A DNA stretch of 63,822 nucleotides, taken from Mustelus asterias. Its lineage: Eukaryota. The position numbers and the translations under genes are program-made. Under the pieces are notes generated by a model. It was not told the origin of the DNA. It searched no databases and saw only the letters and a program-made list of their open reading frames with translations. The DNA lies in the NCBI RefSeq assembly GCF_964213995.1, contig NW_027590210.1, positions 372,001 through 435,822 of the forward strand. Reading direction: 5' to 3'. Shown piece by piece: positions 1 to 12,859 of the stretch (the first letter of the stretch is position 1; each line of letters opens with the position of its first letter).

Positions 1-567
1 CTCTCTGTTTCGATCTCTCTGTGTATCTGTGTGTCTCTCTGTGTCTCTATCTCTCTGTGTCTCTATCTGTCTGTGTGTCTCTCTGTCTCTATCTCTCTGT
101 GTATCTGTGTGTCTCTCTGTGTCTCTATCTCTCTGTGTGTCTGTGTGTCTCTCTGTTTCGATCTCTCTGTGTATCTGTGTGTCTCTCTGTGTCTCTATCT
201 CTCTGTGTCTCTATCTGTCTGTGTGTCTCTCTGTCTCTATCTCTCTGTGTATCTGTGTGTCTCTCTGTGTCTCTATCTCTCTGTGTCTCTATCTCTCTGT
301 GTATCTGTCTCTGTATTTCTCTGTATCTGTGTCTCTCTCTGTATATTTGTATATTTCACTCTGTCTCTGTGTTTGTGTCTCTCTCTTTGTTTCTCTCTGT
401 CTCTATTTCTCTGTATCTGTGTGTCTCTCTGTCTCTGTACTTCTCTGGATCTGTGTCTCTCTCTCTGCCTCTGTGTGTATATCTCTCTATGTATCTGTGT
501 GTGTCTCTCTGTCTCTGCATTTCTCTGTATCTGTCTCTGTCTCTGTGTTTCTCTGTCTCTGTGTGTC
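1..567. repeat. CT/GT-rich simple repeat
   Basis: Degenerate (tctctgtg/tctatc)n; the ORFs here are low-complexity artefacts. Confidence 0.95.
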
Positions 568-912
568 TCGATGCTAAGGGCCTAGTATTTCAGGCTCTGA
601 CCTGAACCCACAATCTCTCTGACTCTGAGCGAAGATTACTACATTGAAGGTGTGAGGCCTCATCACTTTCTGTCTGGTTTAGTTTTGTAATCTTTACATG
701 TTTAAACACTGAAACCTCGTGCCCTTGTTGAGAATATCACTGCGGTTTGAGAAAAGCAGACACTGATCCCGCACTAAACACCCCCCCCAACACAGGACTG
801 AGCAGAGTGTGTGAAATGTGACTGGTGCGAATGTGGATTGTCTTTTAAAAGTGGGTAAGAAACACTTCATTTTCAAATCTTTACCCTGCTTCTGTAGCGT
901 CTCAGATTCCAC

Positions 913-1070
913 CTAATCTGCACATCTTTGGACTGTGGAAGGAAACCGGGGCACCCGGAGGGAACCCACGCAGACACAGGGAGAATGTGCATACTCAACT
1001 CCCAACCGAGAATTGAACCCGGGTTCCTGGTGCTGTGAGGCAGCAGTGCTAAACACTGTCCACCATGTAG
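913..1070 (-). mobile_element. HE1/V-SINE fragment
   Basis: Matches the full SINE copies at 20722 and 44627. Confidence 0.85.
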
Positions 1071-1602
1071 CCCTATCCCATGTATTGGGACACGGTGAAA
1101 AGTATTGTTTCTTGCACGCTACACAGACAAAACATACCATTCATAGAGTCCATTTGGGAGAAGGAGAAGAGAGGGTGCAGAATACAGTGTTGCAGTTACC
1201 GATAGGGTATAGAGAAAGATCAGCTTAATGTCTGGTAGGTCCACTCAAAAATTAACATTCTGACCAAACACTAAAGCTTTCCACAAAACAAGGCTCACAA
1301 ATTCAACACCACTTTCCTTTGTCCGCTCTCCCATCATGCTGTGCGCGGAGTCTCTGATCGATGCTAAGGGCCTAGTATTTGAGGCTCTGAGCTGAACCCA
1401 CAATCTGTCTGATTCTGAGGGAAGATTACTGCCACTCAGATACAGCTGGCTGCAATATCCCCTTGAAATATATCTGTTGTGTACAGAGTCACATGTTTTT
1501 TTTTCCCTGTGTCTGCTGTCCTCAAAGAACTATTGAATAATCTAAACATCCGCATTAATTATCACAGAACAAGGCCAACATGATGGAATCGAGTATCAGG
1601 TT

Positions 1603-1900
1603 TAAAAGTTTATTTATTAGTGTCACAAGTAGGGTTACATTAACACTGCAATGAAGTTACTGTGGAAAATCCGTAGTCGCCATGCTCTGGCGCCTGTTTG
1701 GGCACCTTGGGGAGAATTTAGCATGGCTGAGACACCTAACCAGCACGTCGTTCGAAATGTGGGAGGAAACCGCAGCACCCGGTGGAAACCCATGCAGACA
1801 CGGGGAGAATGTACAAACTCCACACTGACAGTGACCCAAGCCAGGAATCAAACCCGGGTCCCTGGCGCTGTGAGGCAGCAGCGCTAACCACTGTGCTGCC
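1603..1900 (-). mobile_element. HE1-related tRNA SINE (variant tail)
   Basis: tRNA-like head (cagtggttagcgctgctgcctcacagcgcc); same family as 4755 and 48045. Confidence 0.85.
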
Positions 1901-2015
1901 CCTCATCGAAACATTGTGCAGTTGTGGATTGCACAGGATAGGAGGGATGTGATAGCACTGGAAAAGGTGCAGAGGAGATTCACCAGGATGTTGCCTGGCC
2001 TGGAGAGTTTTAGTT

Positions 2016-2310
2016 CATAGAATCATAGAATCCCTACAGTCCAGGATGAGGCCATTCAACCCATCAAATCTGCATGGACTCTTACCCAAGCTTACCCCGT
2101 AACCCCACGTATTTTCCCGCTAATCCCCCTAACCTATACATCGTGGGACCCTCAGGGCAATTTTGCATGGACAATGCACCCGGAGGAAACCCACGCAGAC
2201 ACGGGGAGAATGTGCAAACTCCACACAGACAGTAACCCGAGGCCGGAATTGAACCCGGGTCCCTGGCGCTGTGAGGCAGCAGTGCTAACCACTGTGCTAC
2301 CGTGCCGCCA
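2016..2310 (-). mobile_element. HE1 SINE
   Basis: Head ggcggcacggtagcacagtggttagc and (attctatg)n tail on the minus strand. Confidence 0.9.
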
Positions 2311-2469
2311 CTCGAACTGAAGAGAGATTTTATAGACTGAGGGTGTGATCTTACCACCTGTTGACGCCACACTCCCGCTCTGCGAGGTCGGAGAATCTGG
2401 TGACCAGCCAAATCTCCTTTCACTGCAGTGGGATGGGAAAATCCTGCCGGTCTGAACGGTGATAAGATT

Positions 2470-2850
2470 CCACCCTGGGGTTGTTTTCCGTGGAGCAGAG
2501 GAGGCTGAGGGGGAACATGATGGAGATGGATAAGATTATGAGGGACATCAATAGAGTAGACGGGAAGAAAGCTTTCCCCTTGGTGGTGGGATCAATGACC
2601 AGGGGGTATAGATTTAGGGTAAGGGGCAGGAGGTTTACAGGGGATGTGAGGAAAACCTTTTTCACCCAGAGGGTGGTGGGAGTCTGGAACTCTCTGCCTG
2701 AAAGGGTGGTGGAGGCAGAGACCCTCAGAACGTTTATGAAGTGCTTAGCTATGCATTTGCAATGCCAAGGCTTACCAGGCCGTGAGCCAAGTTGGGTGAT
2801 TTGTCTTTGACCAGCACAGATGCAATGGGCCGAAGGGCCTTTTCTGTTCT
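2470..2850 (+). mobile_element. CR1/HER1 LINE 3' fragment
   Basis: ORF2 C-terminus: LEQRRLRG..FFTQRVVGVWNSLP. Confidence 0.9.
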
Positions 2851-3519
2851 CCAGACCTCCATTGCTAAAACACAACCTCACTGACCCAGCTTCTGGTCAT
2901 CCATCCAAATCTCTCCCTCCGCAGCTCGGGGACAAATCCTGCCACGCAATCTTCCTTTGAAGTGGCTTTGGACATTTCATTCTCCGTGAGGACTTGTCCG
3001 GATAGTGGCTGCTGTTGTTGTGTTTGTCTCAGTGTCAGCTCAGAAGCATGGACAACATGTTAGAAATGGCCGTCTCCCAGTGAGTGTGAGGACAGGGCAG
3101 GCTTTGAGCGAGGCCTGGGCCGCTCCCTGAAGGACACAGGGCCACCATTGTGCTTTTTGCTGACAAACAGAAAGCTTTCACCTCTCTCTCTCTCTCTCTC
3201 TCGTGTCTCATCTCACTCACATTCTGCCCCTTCCATTCACTCTGTGCTGCTTTCTGGAGGAGGCTGCCAGCTTTATCCGCCACAGAGCATCTGCCAACAA
3301 GAACATCAGATGAAACCTTCCATTCCCCAAGTCCCTCTTTCCTCTCTGCTCCTCGCTGTCTTTCCGGAGGAAATGGGATGGGAAGCTGATGGGAAAAGAT
3401 TTGCAGGGCTCCAGGGACAAGGTGGAGCAGTGGGACTGGCTCGATTGCTCTAGCAGAGAGTCGACACCAGCTGAATGGGCTGAATGGCCTCCTTCATTCT
3501 GTGGCTATTCTATGGTTGA

Positions 3520-3860
3520 CACACAATAGATAGTCAATATCTTTTCCCAAAGGTAGGGGAGTCTAAAACTCGAGGGCATGGGTTTAAGGTGAGAGGGGAG
3601 AGATACAAAAGTGTCCAGAGGGGCAATCTTTTCACACAGAGAGTGATGAGCGTCTGGAACAAGCTGCCAGAGGTAGTAGTAGAGACGGACACAATTTTAT
3701 CTTTTAAAAAGCATTTAGACAGTTACATAGGTAAGATAGATGTAGAGGGATATGGGCCAAATGTGGGGAATTGGGACCAGCTTAGGGGTTAAAAGAAAAA
3801 GGGCAGCATGACAAGTTGGGCCAAAGGGCCTGTTTCCATGCTGTAAACATCTGTGACACT
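3520..3860 (+). mobile_element. CR1 LINE 3' fragment
   Basis: FTQRVMSVWNKLPEVVVE motif. Confidence 0.85.
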
Positions 3861-3879
3861 ATGACAACTTGTCATTTGG

Positions 3880-4522
3880 GTCTCAACTTCAAGTTTCTAG
3901 GTGTCCAGATCACCAACAACCTGTCCTGGTCCCCCCATGCCGACACTATAATTGAGAAAGCCCACCAACACGTCTACTTTCTCAGGAGGCTGAGGAAATT
4001 TGGAATGTCAGCTACGACTCTCACCAACTTCTACAGATGCACCATAGAAAGCATCCTTTCTGTATCACGGCTTGGTCTGGTTTCTGCTCTGTCCAAGACT
4101 GCAAGAAATTACAAAAGGTCGTGAATGTAGCCCCGTCCATCACGCAGACTAGCCTCGCATTCATTGACTCTGTCTACACTTCCCGCGGCCTTAGAAAAGC
4201 AGCCAGCATAATTAAGGACCTCATGCACACATTCTCTCTTCCACCTTCTTCCGTCAGGAAAAAGATACAAAGTCTGAGATCACGTACCAACCGACACAAG
4301 AACTTCCCTGCTGCCCTCAGACTTTTGAATGGACCTGCTACATATTAGATTTATCTTTCTCTACACCCTACCTATGACTGCAACACTACATTCTGCACCC
4401 TCTCTTTTACTTCTCCCCGATGTACTCTATGAACGGTATGTTTTGTCTGTACAGCATACAAGAAACAATACTTTTCACTGTATCCCAATACATGCGACAG
4501 TAATAAATCAAATCAAATCAAA
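3880..4522 (+). mobile_element. Rex1/Babar-like LINE 3' fragment
   Basis: KFLGVQITNNLSW..YFLRRLRKFG..FYRCTIESIL and (aatca)n tail; related tail fragments at ~1080-1250 and ~63460-63630 (-). Confidence 0.75.
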
Positions 4523-4754
4523 ATCCTCCCAATTCTTTCCTCCACGATAGGTCGCAGCATTTAAAGAACACGCCCAGGGCCCAGTGCTGAGTCTGAGGGT
4601 ATCTGACTACAGTAAGGTGAGTGATACAGGAGGGTCTCACTGTCTGAGGGAGGTGAGTCTTAGCCGGGGGGGGGGGGGGGGGGGGGGCGTGAGTGACCCA
4701 GGTTAATCTGACACTCCAGGGACAGTTGGAATGGAGCTTTCCCCCGGGCTGTCC

Positions 4755-4965
4755 CCTCCCCGTGTCTGCGTGGGTTTCCTCCGGGTGCTCCGGTTTCCTC
4801 CCACAGTCTGAAAGATGTGCTGGTTCGGGTGCATTGGCCGTGCTAAATTCTCCCTCAGTGTAACCCGAACAGGCGCCGGAATGTGGTGACTAGGGGATTC
4901 TCACAGTAACTTCATTGTAGTGTTAATGTAAGCCTACTTCTGACACTAATAAATAAACTGAAACT
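4755..4965 (+). mobile_element. SINE 3' part
   Basis: Near-identical to 48130-48340. Confidence 0.85.
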
Positions 4966-5149
4966 GAAGGTCAAGGTGCTGCTGTGACAATGCACTCTTG
5001 TTTAAACACTCTGCAATGCTGAGACTGGGAGAAGTGACCAACAGGGGGCAGCATTGCAGCTTCTGTCCCCCTATTGAAACTGGGATTGTTGCTCCATCTG
5101 CTGCACAATCCCAACCCCATCCACTGGGGGCAACCTGGACAATGGCTGC

Positions 5150-5490
5150 AGACAGACCTCACTGCGCGTGCGCCGCAATGACACCCACCGCCGGCGGCCA
5201 TCTTGCGTTGCCAAGGGAGACGGCCAGCGGCCATATTCCGTTGCCAAGGGAGACGGCGGCGGCGACCATCTTGCGTTGCCAGGGGAGACGGCATCAATGC
5301 GGCGGCGTCCGCGCGCGCTGACCTCTGGGAGCATTCCCGTCCCGCACATGCGCACAGGCAGCCCTTCCCCCTCGACTGACCCCCCCTGTTGTCCCGCCAA
5401 CGAGCATGGGCCGGGCCGGAGTGGGCAAGAGGTGACACTGGGAGGAGCAGCCCCCCCGGGAGCGTTACAGCGACGCCTGGTGGCCAGGAA
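5150..5490. promoter_or_regulatory. CpG-island promoter with 3x YY1+RFX-like module and NRF1-like sites
   Basis: CpG-rich; ccatnTT followed by gttgccaRgggagac at 5207, 5240 and 5275; tgcgcgtgcgc at 5163; gcacatgcgca at 5344. Confidence 0.65.
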
Positions 5491-6492
5491 GGGCAATAGC
5501 AGCACAGTCTCTGCCCAAAGGCTTCCCCAGTTCAGCTGCTCAGAGACACTGGGAATGTCTTCAAGTGGAAACTTCAGCTTCTCACATTCACCCCCTGTGT
5601 TCAGTCATTGTTTCCTAGACAAAGCAGTGAAGAACATTGGGAGAACATGCTCCCAGCTTAAGAATTCCACAAAATCAGCAGAATTGTAAAATTATGTCAA
5701 CTCTTGTACTCTGATGTGAAGAAGTAATTTAATATCATGGGCAGTCCTCATTTATTGGGAGACTAAGAGGCATCACCCAATGACAGGATTGGCTTGTTGC
5801 TCAGTGTTGTCAAGAATTGGCCACCGAACAATATTGGTTGTAGCCCAATAACTTTACCTGCCCCTGCCTGTCTTTCTCTGCGCCTCTGGGTCTCTGTTCA
5901 CCTCGGTGTCCATCCTGCACTCTCAATATTTTGGCGGCTAATGTCTGTCTCCTCTCTCTGTGTCTCAAAGCCCCTCTCTCCCTCAACCGTTTTCCAGCAA
6001 CGTGCAGAATTTAGAACATGCAATTTCTCCCAGTCTCCTATTTCAATAAATTCCCCAAGCCCCATTAGGGGACAGCTGATATGTTAGCCAAAATATCATC
6101 ATGACAACTCTGAGGAAAGTTTAAACTTGAAGCAGGTGCACTGCAATCCGACAATCTGTCAGATAAATGTGAGGTTGGAGTCAAATTTACATCCTTTCGA
6201 TGTGTGGAGAGAACTTTATTGAGAGTTCGAATCTTAGCAGTATTGCTGTGGTTTCAAATGTTGTAACACGAATATAGTTTAACAGAAAGGCCTGGAACAT
6301 TCAAAACAGATAAAGCAATTAATTGATGAGGATTCAGACTGAAGTTCGTATTAGTTCCGTGCATGAGTCCACCTGAATTTAAGTATATTATAATAAGAAT
6401 CATGAGAACAAGAAAAAATACAGCAGCAAAATCCTGCAACAAGATCCTTCAGTCATCTGAGAATTCACTGATCTCCCATTTACCTCACATCA

Positions 6493-6506
6493 CCACCAGA
6501 GGGCGA
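6493..6506 (+). promoter_or_regulatory. CTCF-like site
   Basis: ccaccagagggcga, near-consensus core. Confidence 0.6.
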
Positions 6507-6794
6507 TCCCTCACCGTGTTTTTGTGTTCACTGTTTCAGGAGCAGGTTCCATAACACATTGATATGTTGGGGAGCCACAATCCAAGAGAACAGGATGAAT
6601 TATTCAATTACACGGTTAAAGGATAGAGAGCAGTAATGCAGGAGAACTCTGCTTTAATTGTTGGAATACACAATGATATGTAGCAGAGCAGAAATATAAG
6701 AGAACTGCATTGCTTGTTGGAATACACAGTGATATGTCACAGAGCAGTAATCAAGGAGAACTGCATTAATTGTTAGAATACACTGTAATATTTA

Positions 6795-7430
6795 CAGAGC
6801 AGATATGGATGCTAAATTTGCAGACAACACAAAGATAGGTAGGAAGATAAATGGTGAAGTAAATGTGAAGATACGATAAAGAAACATAAATAGGTTAAGT
6901 GAATTGGCAAAGCTCCGCCAAATTGAGTATAATGTGGTCAAATGTGAAAATGCCCCTATTGGCAGGATGAATATAAAATACACTTAATATTTAAACGGTG
7001 AAAGATTACAAAATTCTGAGGTACAGAGAGATTGGGCTGTCCTAGGGCACGAATCGAAAGGGGCTAAGGTACAGGTATCGTAATTAATTAAAAACGTCAT
7101 AAAATATGATCATTCACTACGAGGGGATCTATTATAAAATAGGAAGGGTATGTTTCCGTTGTACGGGGCATTGGTGAGACCACACCTGGAGTATTGCGGA
7201 CAATACGTATCTCCTTATCTAAAGAAAGATGGTAATGCGTTAAAAAACGTTCAGAGAAGGTTTGCTGTAATAGTATCCAGGTACGTGCGGGTTATCTGTA
7301 TCCGCGGTAAGAATATTGATGTTGGGTTTGTATCCACTTGAGTTTCGAAGACTCAGAGATAACTTAATTGAAACCTTTGAAACCATAAGGGGTATTAACG
7401 GTGTGGATGTGGAGCGAATTGTTCCTCGTG
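6795..7430 (+). mobile_element. Old CR1 LINE RT fragment
   Basis: KFADNTK; LYGALVRPHLEYC; LEFRRLR. Confidence 0.85.
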
Positions 7431-7747
7431 TCCGTGTTGTAGCTGCACTGGGTATTTCTGGGTCTTTATATTTCTCGGCGTGTGTATATCTGGGCTCTTG
7501 TTTCTGCGTCTGTTCCCAATGCGGTTGTAATGTCCACGGGAGGGCGCTCTCTGATCACTTACCGAACATCACAGTTGCCTTCTGCAGAGAGTGACTATTT
7601 GCAGATATAAAAATGGGTGGGGAAATAAACCCCAGCCAATCGCACCACACCTTGTTGACTCTTTCAACTTCTCACATTCCAGGTCCGGTACAGACAGAGA
7701 TCATTGTTTCCGTTTCTGGAGCTCAGACTGGAACGCTGGGGGTGAAA

Positions 7748-8218
7748 ATGTTCCTGATTCTAGTTATTGCACTGATCCCAGGTCAGTGATTCTGGTCACA
7801 GATTGTAAAGTATATCGCAAACCTTGTGCAATTTCCCTTTCCCAGCGCTGTGTGACTATCGTCTTCCTCTGACTCCTAACCCGCTGTGCGTCCGCTGTTT
7901 ATTTCCAGAGATGAGTAATGGAGACTCAGTGTTCCAGTCAGAACCAGGAGTTGAAGCAGCAGAGGGTGAAGATTCAGCAATACCCTGCAGTTACTCTGTG
8001 CCGAGTTCAGCTATACAACATGACCTGTTCTGGTATCGCCAGTATCCACACCGAGCTCCTCAGTATCTGCTCAGAGCCGATAGTTATGGGTTTACCGATA
8101 CGGCTCCCGGCTTTGGACACTTCAGCGGGAATCTCAACCAGACACAAAGCACTTTTCACTTGTCCATGAAAGATTTGAAGATGAGAGACAGCGCCGTGTA
8201 TTACTGTGCACTGAGACC
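7748..8218 (+). CDS. TRAV/DV: TCR alpha/delta V gene (V1), intact
   Basis: Leader 7748-7781 (MFLILVIALIP, GT donor); V exon 7909-8218 with C..WYRQ..DSAVYYCALR; RSS cacagtg 8219 + 23 + acaaaaagt 8249-8257. Confidence 0.93.
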
Positions 8219-8659
8219 CACAGTGAGTGAGGCTCCCGCGGGCCTCAGACAAAAAGTGACGCAGACGTTTCAGGGTCAGAGAAAAAGAGTCGGATCTCAA
8301 CGAAAATGCGCAGAAAATGAAGGCCACAATACAGCCCCAGCTGAATAATATTCCCCCCACTGAGCTCAGCCATTGTCAGTGTTGTGAAATGTCACATTTG
8401 CCATCCTATTATTCCCGGATCAAATCCAACCATTCTCCGACCCCATCCGCACAAAATCTGCAGATTATCCCGGGTGAATAACTTCCTTAATCTGTACTTA
8501 GAAAGATTCTGGATTCGGTGCCTATCTGCCCGGCCACACATTTTAAAAGTGATCTATTGTCAAATGCAGCCTCAGAATTGTCCCATTTTCAAGTCCGTGG
8601 AGCAGAAATAATAACTGATTGAAATCAGAGCTTTTCTATTTGGGGAATAGAGGGGTACA

Positions 8660-9115
8660 GTGAAGATTTACCAGGCTGATTCCTGGGATGGCAGCTCTGT
8701 CATATGAGGAGAGATTAAATCCGTTAGGATTATATTCACTGGGGTTTCGAAGAGTGAGAGGGGATCTCATAGAAACTTATAAAATTCTAACAGGGTTAGA
8801 CAGGGTGGATTCAGGAGACTGTTCCCAATGCTGGAATCCAGAACTAGGCGTCATCTTTTGAAGGTAAGGGATAAACTGAGGTGAAGGGAAATCCCTTCAT
8901 CCAGAGAGTGTTGAATGCATGGAATTCAGTTCCACCGAATGTAGTTGAGGCCAAAACGTTGTCTGATTTCAAGAAGAAATTTGATATAGCTCTTGGGGCT
9001 AAAGGGGTCGAGGGATATGGGCGAGGGGGAAGGGGGATCAGGATATTGAATTCCATGATCAGCTATGATTACGATGATTGGCGGAGAAGGCTCCTGCTTC
9101 TAGTTTCTATGTTAT
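8660..9115 (+). mobile_element. CR1 LINE 3' fragment
   Basis: FIQRVLNAWNSVP..FKKKFD. Confidence 0.85.
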
Positions 9116-9204
9116 GAGTCCGTGAAATATTTCCTGGTGCAGAGTTGAGTGACTACTTATCCCCGGTACACTTACAGCACTAACTATTAATTATGTTGAG
9201 TCAT

Positions 9205-9497
9205 GGCCATTAGGCTCAACGAGCCTGTCCCGACAACAATCCCACCCAGGCCCTATCCCCGTAACCCACATATTTAACCTGCTATCCCCTGACACTTAGG
9301 GTAATTTTGCGTGGCCAATCCAGCAAACCTGCACAGTTTAGGAATGTGGAAGGAAACTGGAGCACCTGAGGAAACCCACGCAGACACGGGGAGAAAGTGC
9401 AAACTCCACAGAGGCAGTGACCCGAGGCTGGAATCGAACCCCTGTCCCTGGGGCTGTGAGGCAGCAATGCTAACCACTGCGCCACCGTGTCGCCCAT
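9205..9497 (-). mobile_element. HE1 SINE
   Basis: Homologous to other copies in the window. Confidence 0.85.
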
Positions 9498-9744
9498 AAA
9501 TGATTAAATTAATTTCACTTTTCACCTGAATTAGAAAAAAAGGATCTGCCTTCAGAAAGATTGATGGACTGAGTTCTGAGGAAAGCGAGTTCACCAGTTA
9601 ATGAGACAGAATAACTGGTTATGTGGGAGAGAGCAGAGACAGAACAAGGAACTTAGAAATACGTTTACGGCCAGGGAAGGAATGTGATTGGAAAGAGCCA
9701 GCTATATTAAATCATTAACTAACAGTGATTGCTTCACTGGTTAC

Positions 9745-10070
9745 GGGGCGGCATGATGCCACAATGGTTAGCGCTGCTGTCTCACAGTGTCAGGGACCCG
9801 GGTTCAATTCCGGCTTCGGATCACTTTCTGTATGAAGTTTGCATGTTCTCCCCGTGTCTACGTGGGTCCCCTTCGGCTGCTGCTGATTCCTCCCACAGTC
9901 CAAAGATGTGCAGGTTGGGTTGATTGGCCATGCGAAATTGACCCGAGTCTCAGGGGATACGCAGGGTAAATACACGGAGTTGCGGGAGTGGGGCCTGGGT
10001 GGGATTGTGACCGGTACAGACTCGATGGGGCGAATGGCCTCCTTCTGCACTGTAGGGATTTTATGATTCG
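9745..10070 (+). mobile_element. HE1 SINE
   Basis: Full-length diverged copy. Confidence 0.85.
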
Positions 10071-10074
10071 CAGC

Positions 10075-10103
10075 TGACGTCAGCTCAGGGAGATGAACCA
10101 ATC
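10075..10103 (+). promoter_or_regulatory. V promoter (CRE + CCAAT)
   Basis: tgacgtca 10075-10082 and ccaat ~10098, about 150 bp upstream of the V2 ATG. Confidence 0.6.
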
Positions 10104-10235
10104 GCAGCACTGAGAAACGCCTCCCAGTTTCCTAATAATAGAAGCTGCCTCTGATCTGAGTTGACTCTGTGATATAAGACTAGAGGCAGCAACTTATTGT
10201 AAACATTGTCGCTGCTTACTGTCCTATCAGGAACC

Positions 10236-10673
10236 ATGTGTTCCCTGTGTGCTTTACTGATAATAATGGCCACGCTGCCCGGTGAGTCTGAGTTCAAATC
10301 CTCAGTGTGTGTTTCATGGGTTATATTTGTTCACAGATTTCTCACACATTCTACATTTTGTTGCAGGAATCAATGGCCAAGATTCAGTTTCCCAGGACCC
10401 GGCTGAATTAACGGTTCAGGAAGGATTGAACGTAACAGTGAATTGTAATTACACAACAAAAAATGCTTTTCCAAATCTCTTCTGGTACATCCAGTATCCC
10501 GGGGAAGCTCCGAGATATTTACTGCAGAAATATAGCAGGGGTGGCGGAGAAAAGTCTCCAGATTTCCCTGACCGGTTTTCTGCTGATTTGGACAAGGACA
10601 AGAGAACAGTTCCTTTAACAATCACCGGTGTCCATGTCTCTGACTCTGCCGTGTATCACTGTGCGCTGAGCCC
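10236..10673 (+). CDS. TRAV/DV: TCR alpha/delta V gene (V2), intact
   Basis: Leader 10236-10281 (MCSLCALLIIMATLP); V exon 10367-10673 QDSVSQ..CNY..WYIQYPGEAP..DSAVYHCALS; RSS cacactg 10674 + 23 + acaaaaacc 10704-10712. Confidence 0.93.
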
Positions 10674-11322
10674 CACACTGCTACAGAGACACAGTGAGCC
10701 CGTACAAAAACCTGCAAAGGCACTCTCACCTCCTCTCACTGAATCAGATCTGTGAGCTGGATTGTAAACTGTTAATATTAACAAACAATATTATAAAGAA
10801 GAGTTAGCCCGAATGCTCTCATTCCATGGTGCTGAATGTGCCATTCTATATAAATTCCATTTTATAGCTGTTTGGAGCAACTCTTCCAATGGAAAACTCT
10901 GCCGCTGTTGTCACAACGTTAACCAAGATCCATCTGCGTCCTATCTCAAAGATGAACTCCGGAAAATGACCAATATTCGTTTCCATGCCCTCACTTTGTC
11001 AAAGAGCGACATCACCATTCGGTCGTTCCGCTTCTTCGAGTCCAGTTCATTGTCTGAGAACAGATTCTAATGGTTCCGGCTCCTCGCTCTGACGTCATGC
11101 ATTGGAGAACAAAGACTCTCTGAGCTGATTGGATGAAATGTAGGACAGAGAAGCTGTGAGCTGATTGGGTGCCTCCTGCTGGCTCTTTGTCAGGAATGAA
11201 CCAATCGCCAGTGAGGCCGGATATTACTCACCATCTTCTGAACTCTGAACTAAAACAGTTTGAACTCACTGAGTTCAGATCCAGCACCAGCTCGGCGAGA
11301 CTGCTGTCTGTTAGTTTTTACA

Positions 11323-12859
11323 GTAAGAAGTTTAACAACACCAGGTTAAAGTCCAACAGGTTTATTTGGTCGCAAAGGCCACACAAGCTTTCGGAGCTCC
11401 AAGCCCCTTCTTCAGGTGAGTGGGAATTCTGTTCACAAACAGAGCTTATAAAGACACAAACTCAATTTACATGAATAATGGTTGGAATGCGAATACTTAC
11501 AGCCAATCAAGTCTTTAAGATACAAACAATGTGAGTGGAGAGAGCATCAAGACAGGCTAAAGAGATGTGTATTGTCTCCAGACAGGACAGCCACCATGGA
11601 CTACTCTCCGGAATCGGTTGCATTCTTGGACACATGCATCTCAATTAAGGACAGTCACCTCGGCACTTCACTGTACCGCAAGCCCACGGATAACCTCACG
11701 ATGCTCCACTTCTCCAGCTTCCACCCTAAACATGTTAAAGAAGCCATCCCCTACGGACAAGCCCTCCGAATACACAGGATCTGCTCGGATGAGGAGGATC
11801 GCAATAGACACCTACAGATGCTGAAAGACACCCTCCATAGGAACAAGATATAGCGCTCGACTCATCGATCGACAGTTCCGGCGCGCCACAGCGAAAAACC
11901 GCACCGGCCTCCTCAGAAAACAAACACGGGACACGGCGGACAGAGTACCCTTCGTCGCCAAGTACTTCCCCGGAGCAGAGAAGCTACGACGTCTTCTCCG
12001 GAGCCTTCAACATGTCGTCAATGAAGACGAACATCTCACCAAGGCCATCCCCACACCCCACCTCTTGCCTTCAAACAACCGCACAACTTCAAACAGACCA
12101 TTGTCCGCAGCAAACTACCCAGCCTTCAGGAGAACAGTGACCACGACACCACACAACCCTGCCATAGCAACCTCTGCAAGATGTGCCGGATCATCGACAC
12201 GGATGCCATCATCTCACGTGAGAACAGCATCCACCAGGTACACGGTACATATTCTTGTGACTCGACCAACATTATCTACTTGATACGCTGCAGGAAAGGA
12301 TGTCCCGAGGCATGGTACATTGGGGAAACCATGCAGACGCTACGACAACAGATGAATGAACACCGCTCAACAATCAGCAGACAGGAGTGTTCTCTTCCTG
12401 TTGGGAACACTTCAGCAGTCACGGGCATTCAGCCTCTGATCTTTGGGTAAGCGTTCTCCATGGCGTCCTTCACGACATACGACAACGCAGAATCGCTGAG
12501 CAAAACTGATAGCCAAGCTCCGCACACATGAGGAAGGCCTCAACCGGGATCTTGGGTTCATGTCACACTATCTGTAACCCCTACGACTTGCCTGGGCTTG
12601 AAAAATCTCACTAACTGTCTTGGCTGGAGACAATACACATCTCTTTAACCTGTGTTTAACCCCCTCTCCACTCACGTTATCTGTACATTTAAGACTTGAT
12701 TACCTGTAAAGGCTCGCAATCCAACCATTATCGTTTTAATTGAGTTTGTGTCTGTATATGCCCTGTTTGTGAACACAGCTCCTCACTCACCTGGAGAAGG
12801 AGCGACACTCCGAAAGCTTGTGCTACCAAATAAACCCTGTTGGACTTTAAACTGGCGTT
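11323..12859 (+). mobile_element. Penelope-like retroelement, 5'-truncated, with inverted pLTR
   Basis: RT C-terminus (FLD..LYRKPTD..IPYGQALRIHRICS) and GIY-YIG (NIIYLIRC..YIGET..NEHR), frameshifted; 11323-11590 is a reverse-complement copy of the 3' end (12580-12859). Confidence 0.92.
11382..11418 (-). ncRNA. Minimal type-I hammerhead ribozyme core in pLTR
   Basis: CAC-CUGAAGA-A-GGGGC-UUGGA-GCUCC-GAAA-GCUU-GUG. Confidence 0.7.

Noticed and set aside
2950-3420. Possible coding exons on the minus strand
   Set aside because: Frames interrupted by stops and no recognisable homology.
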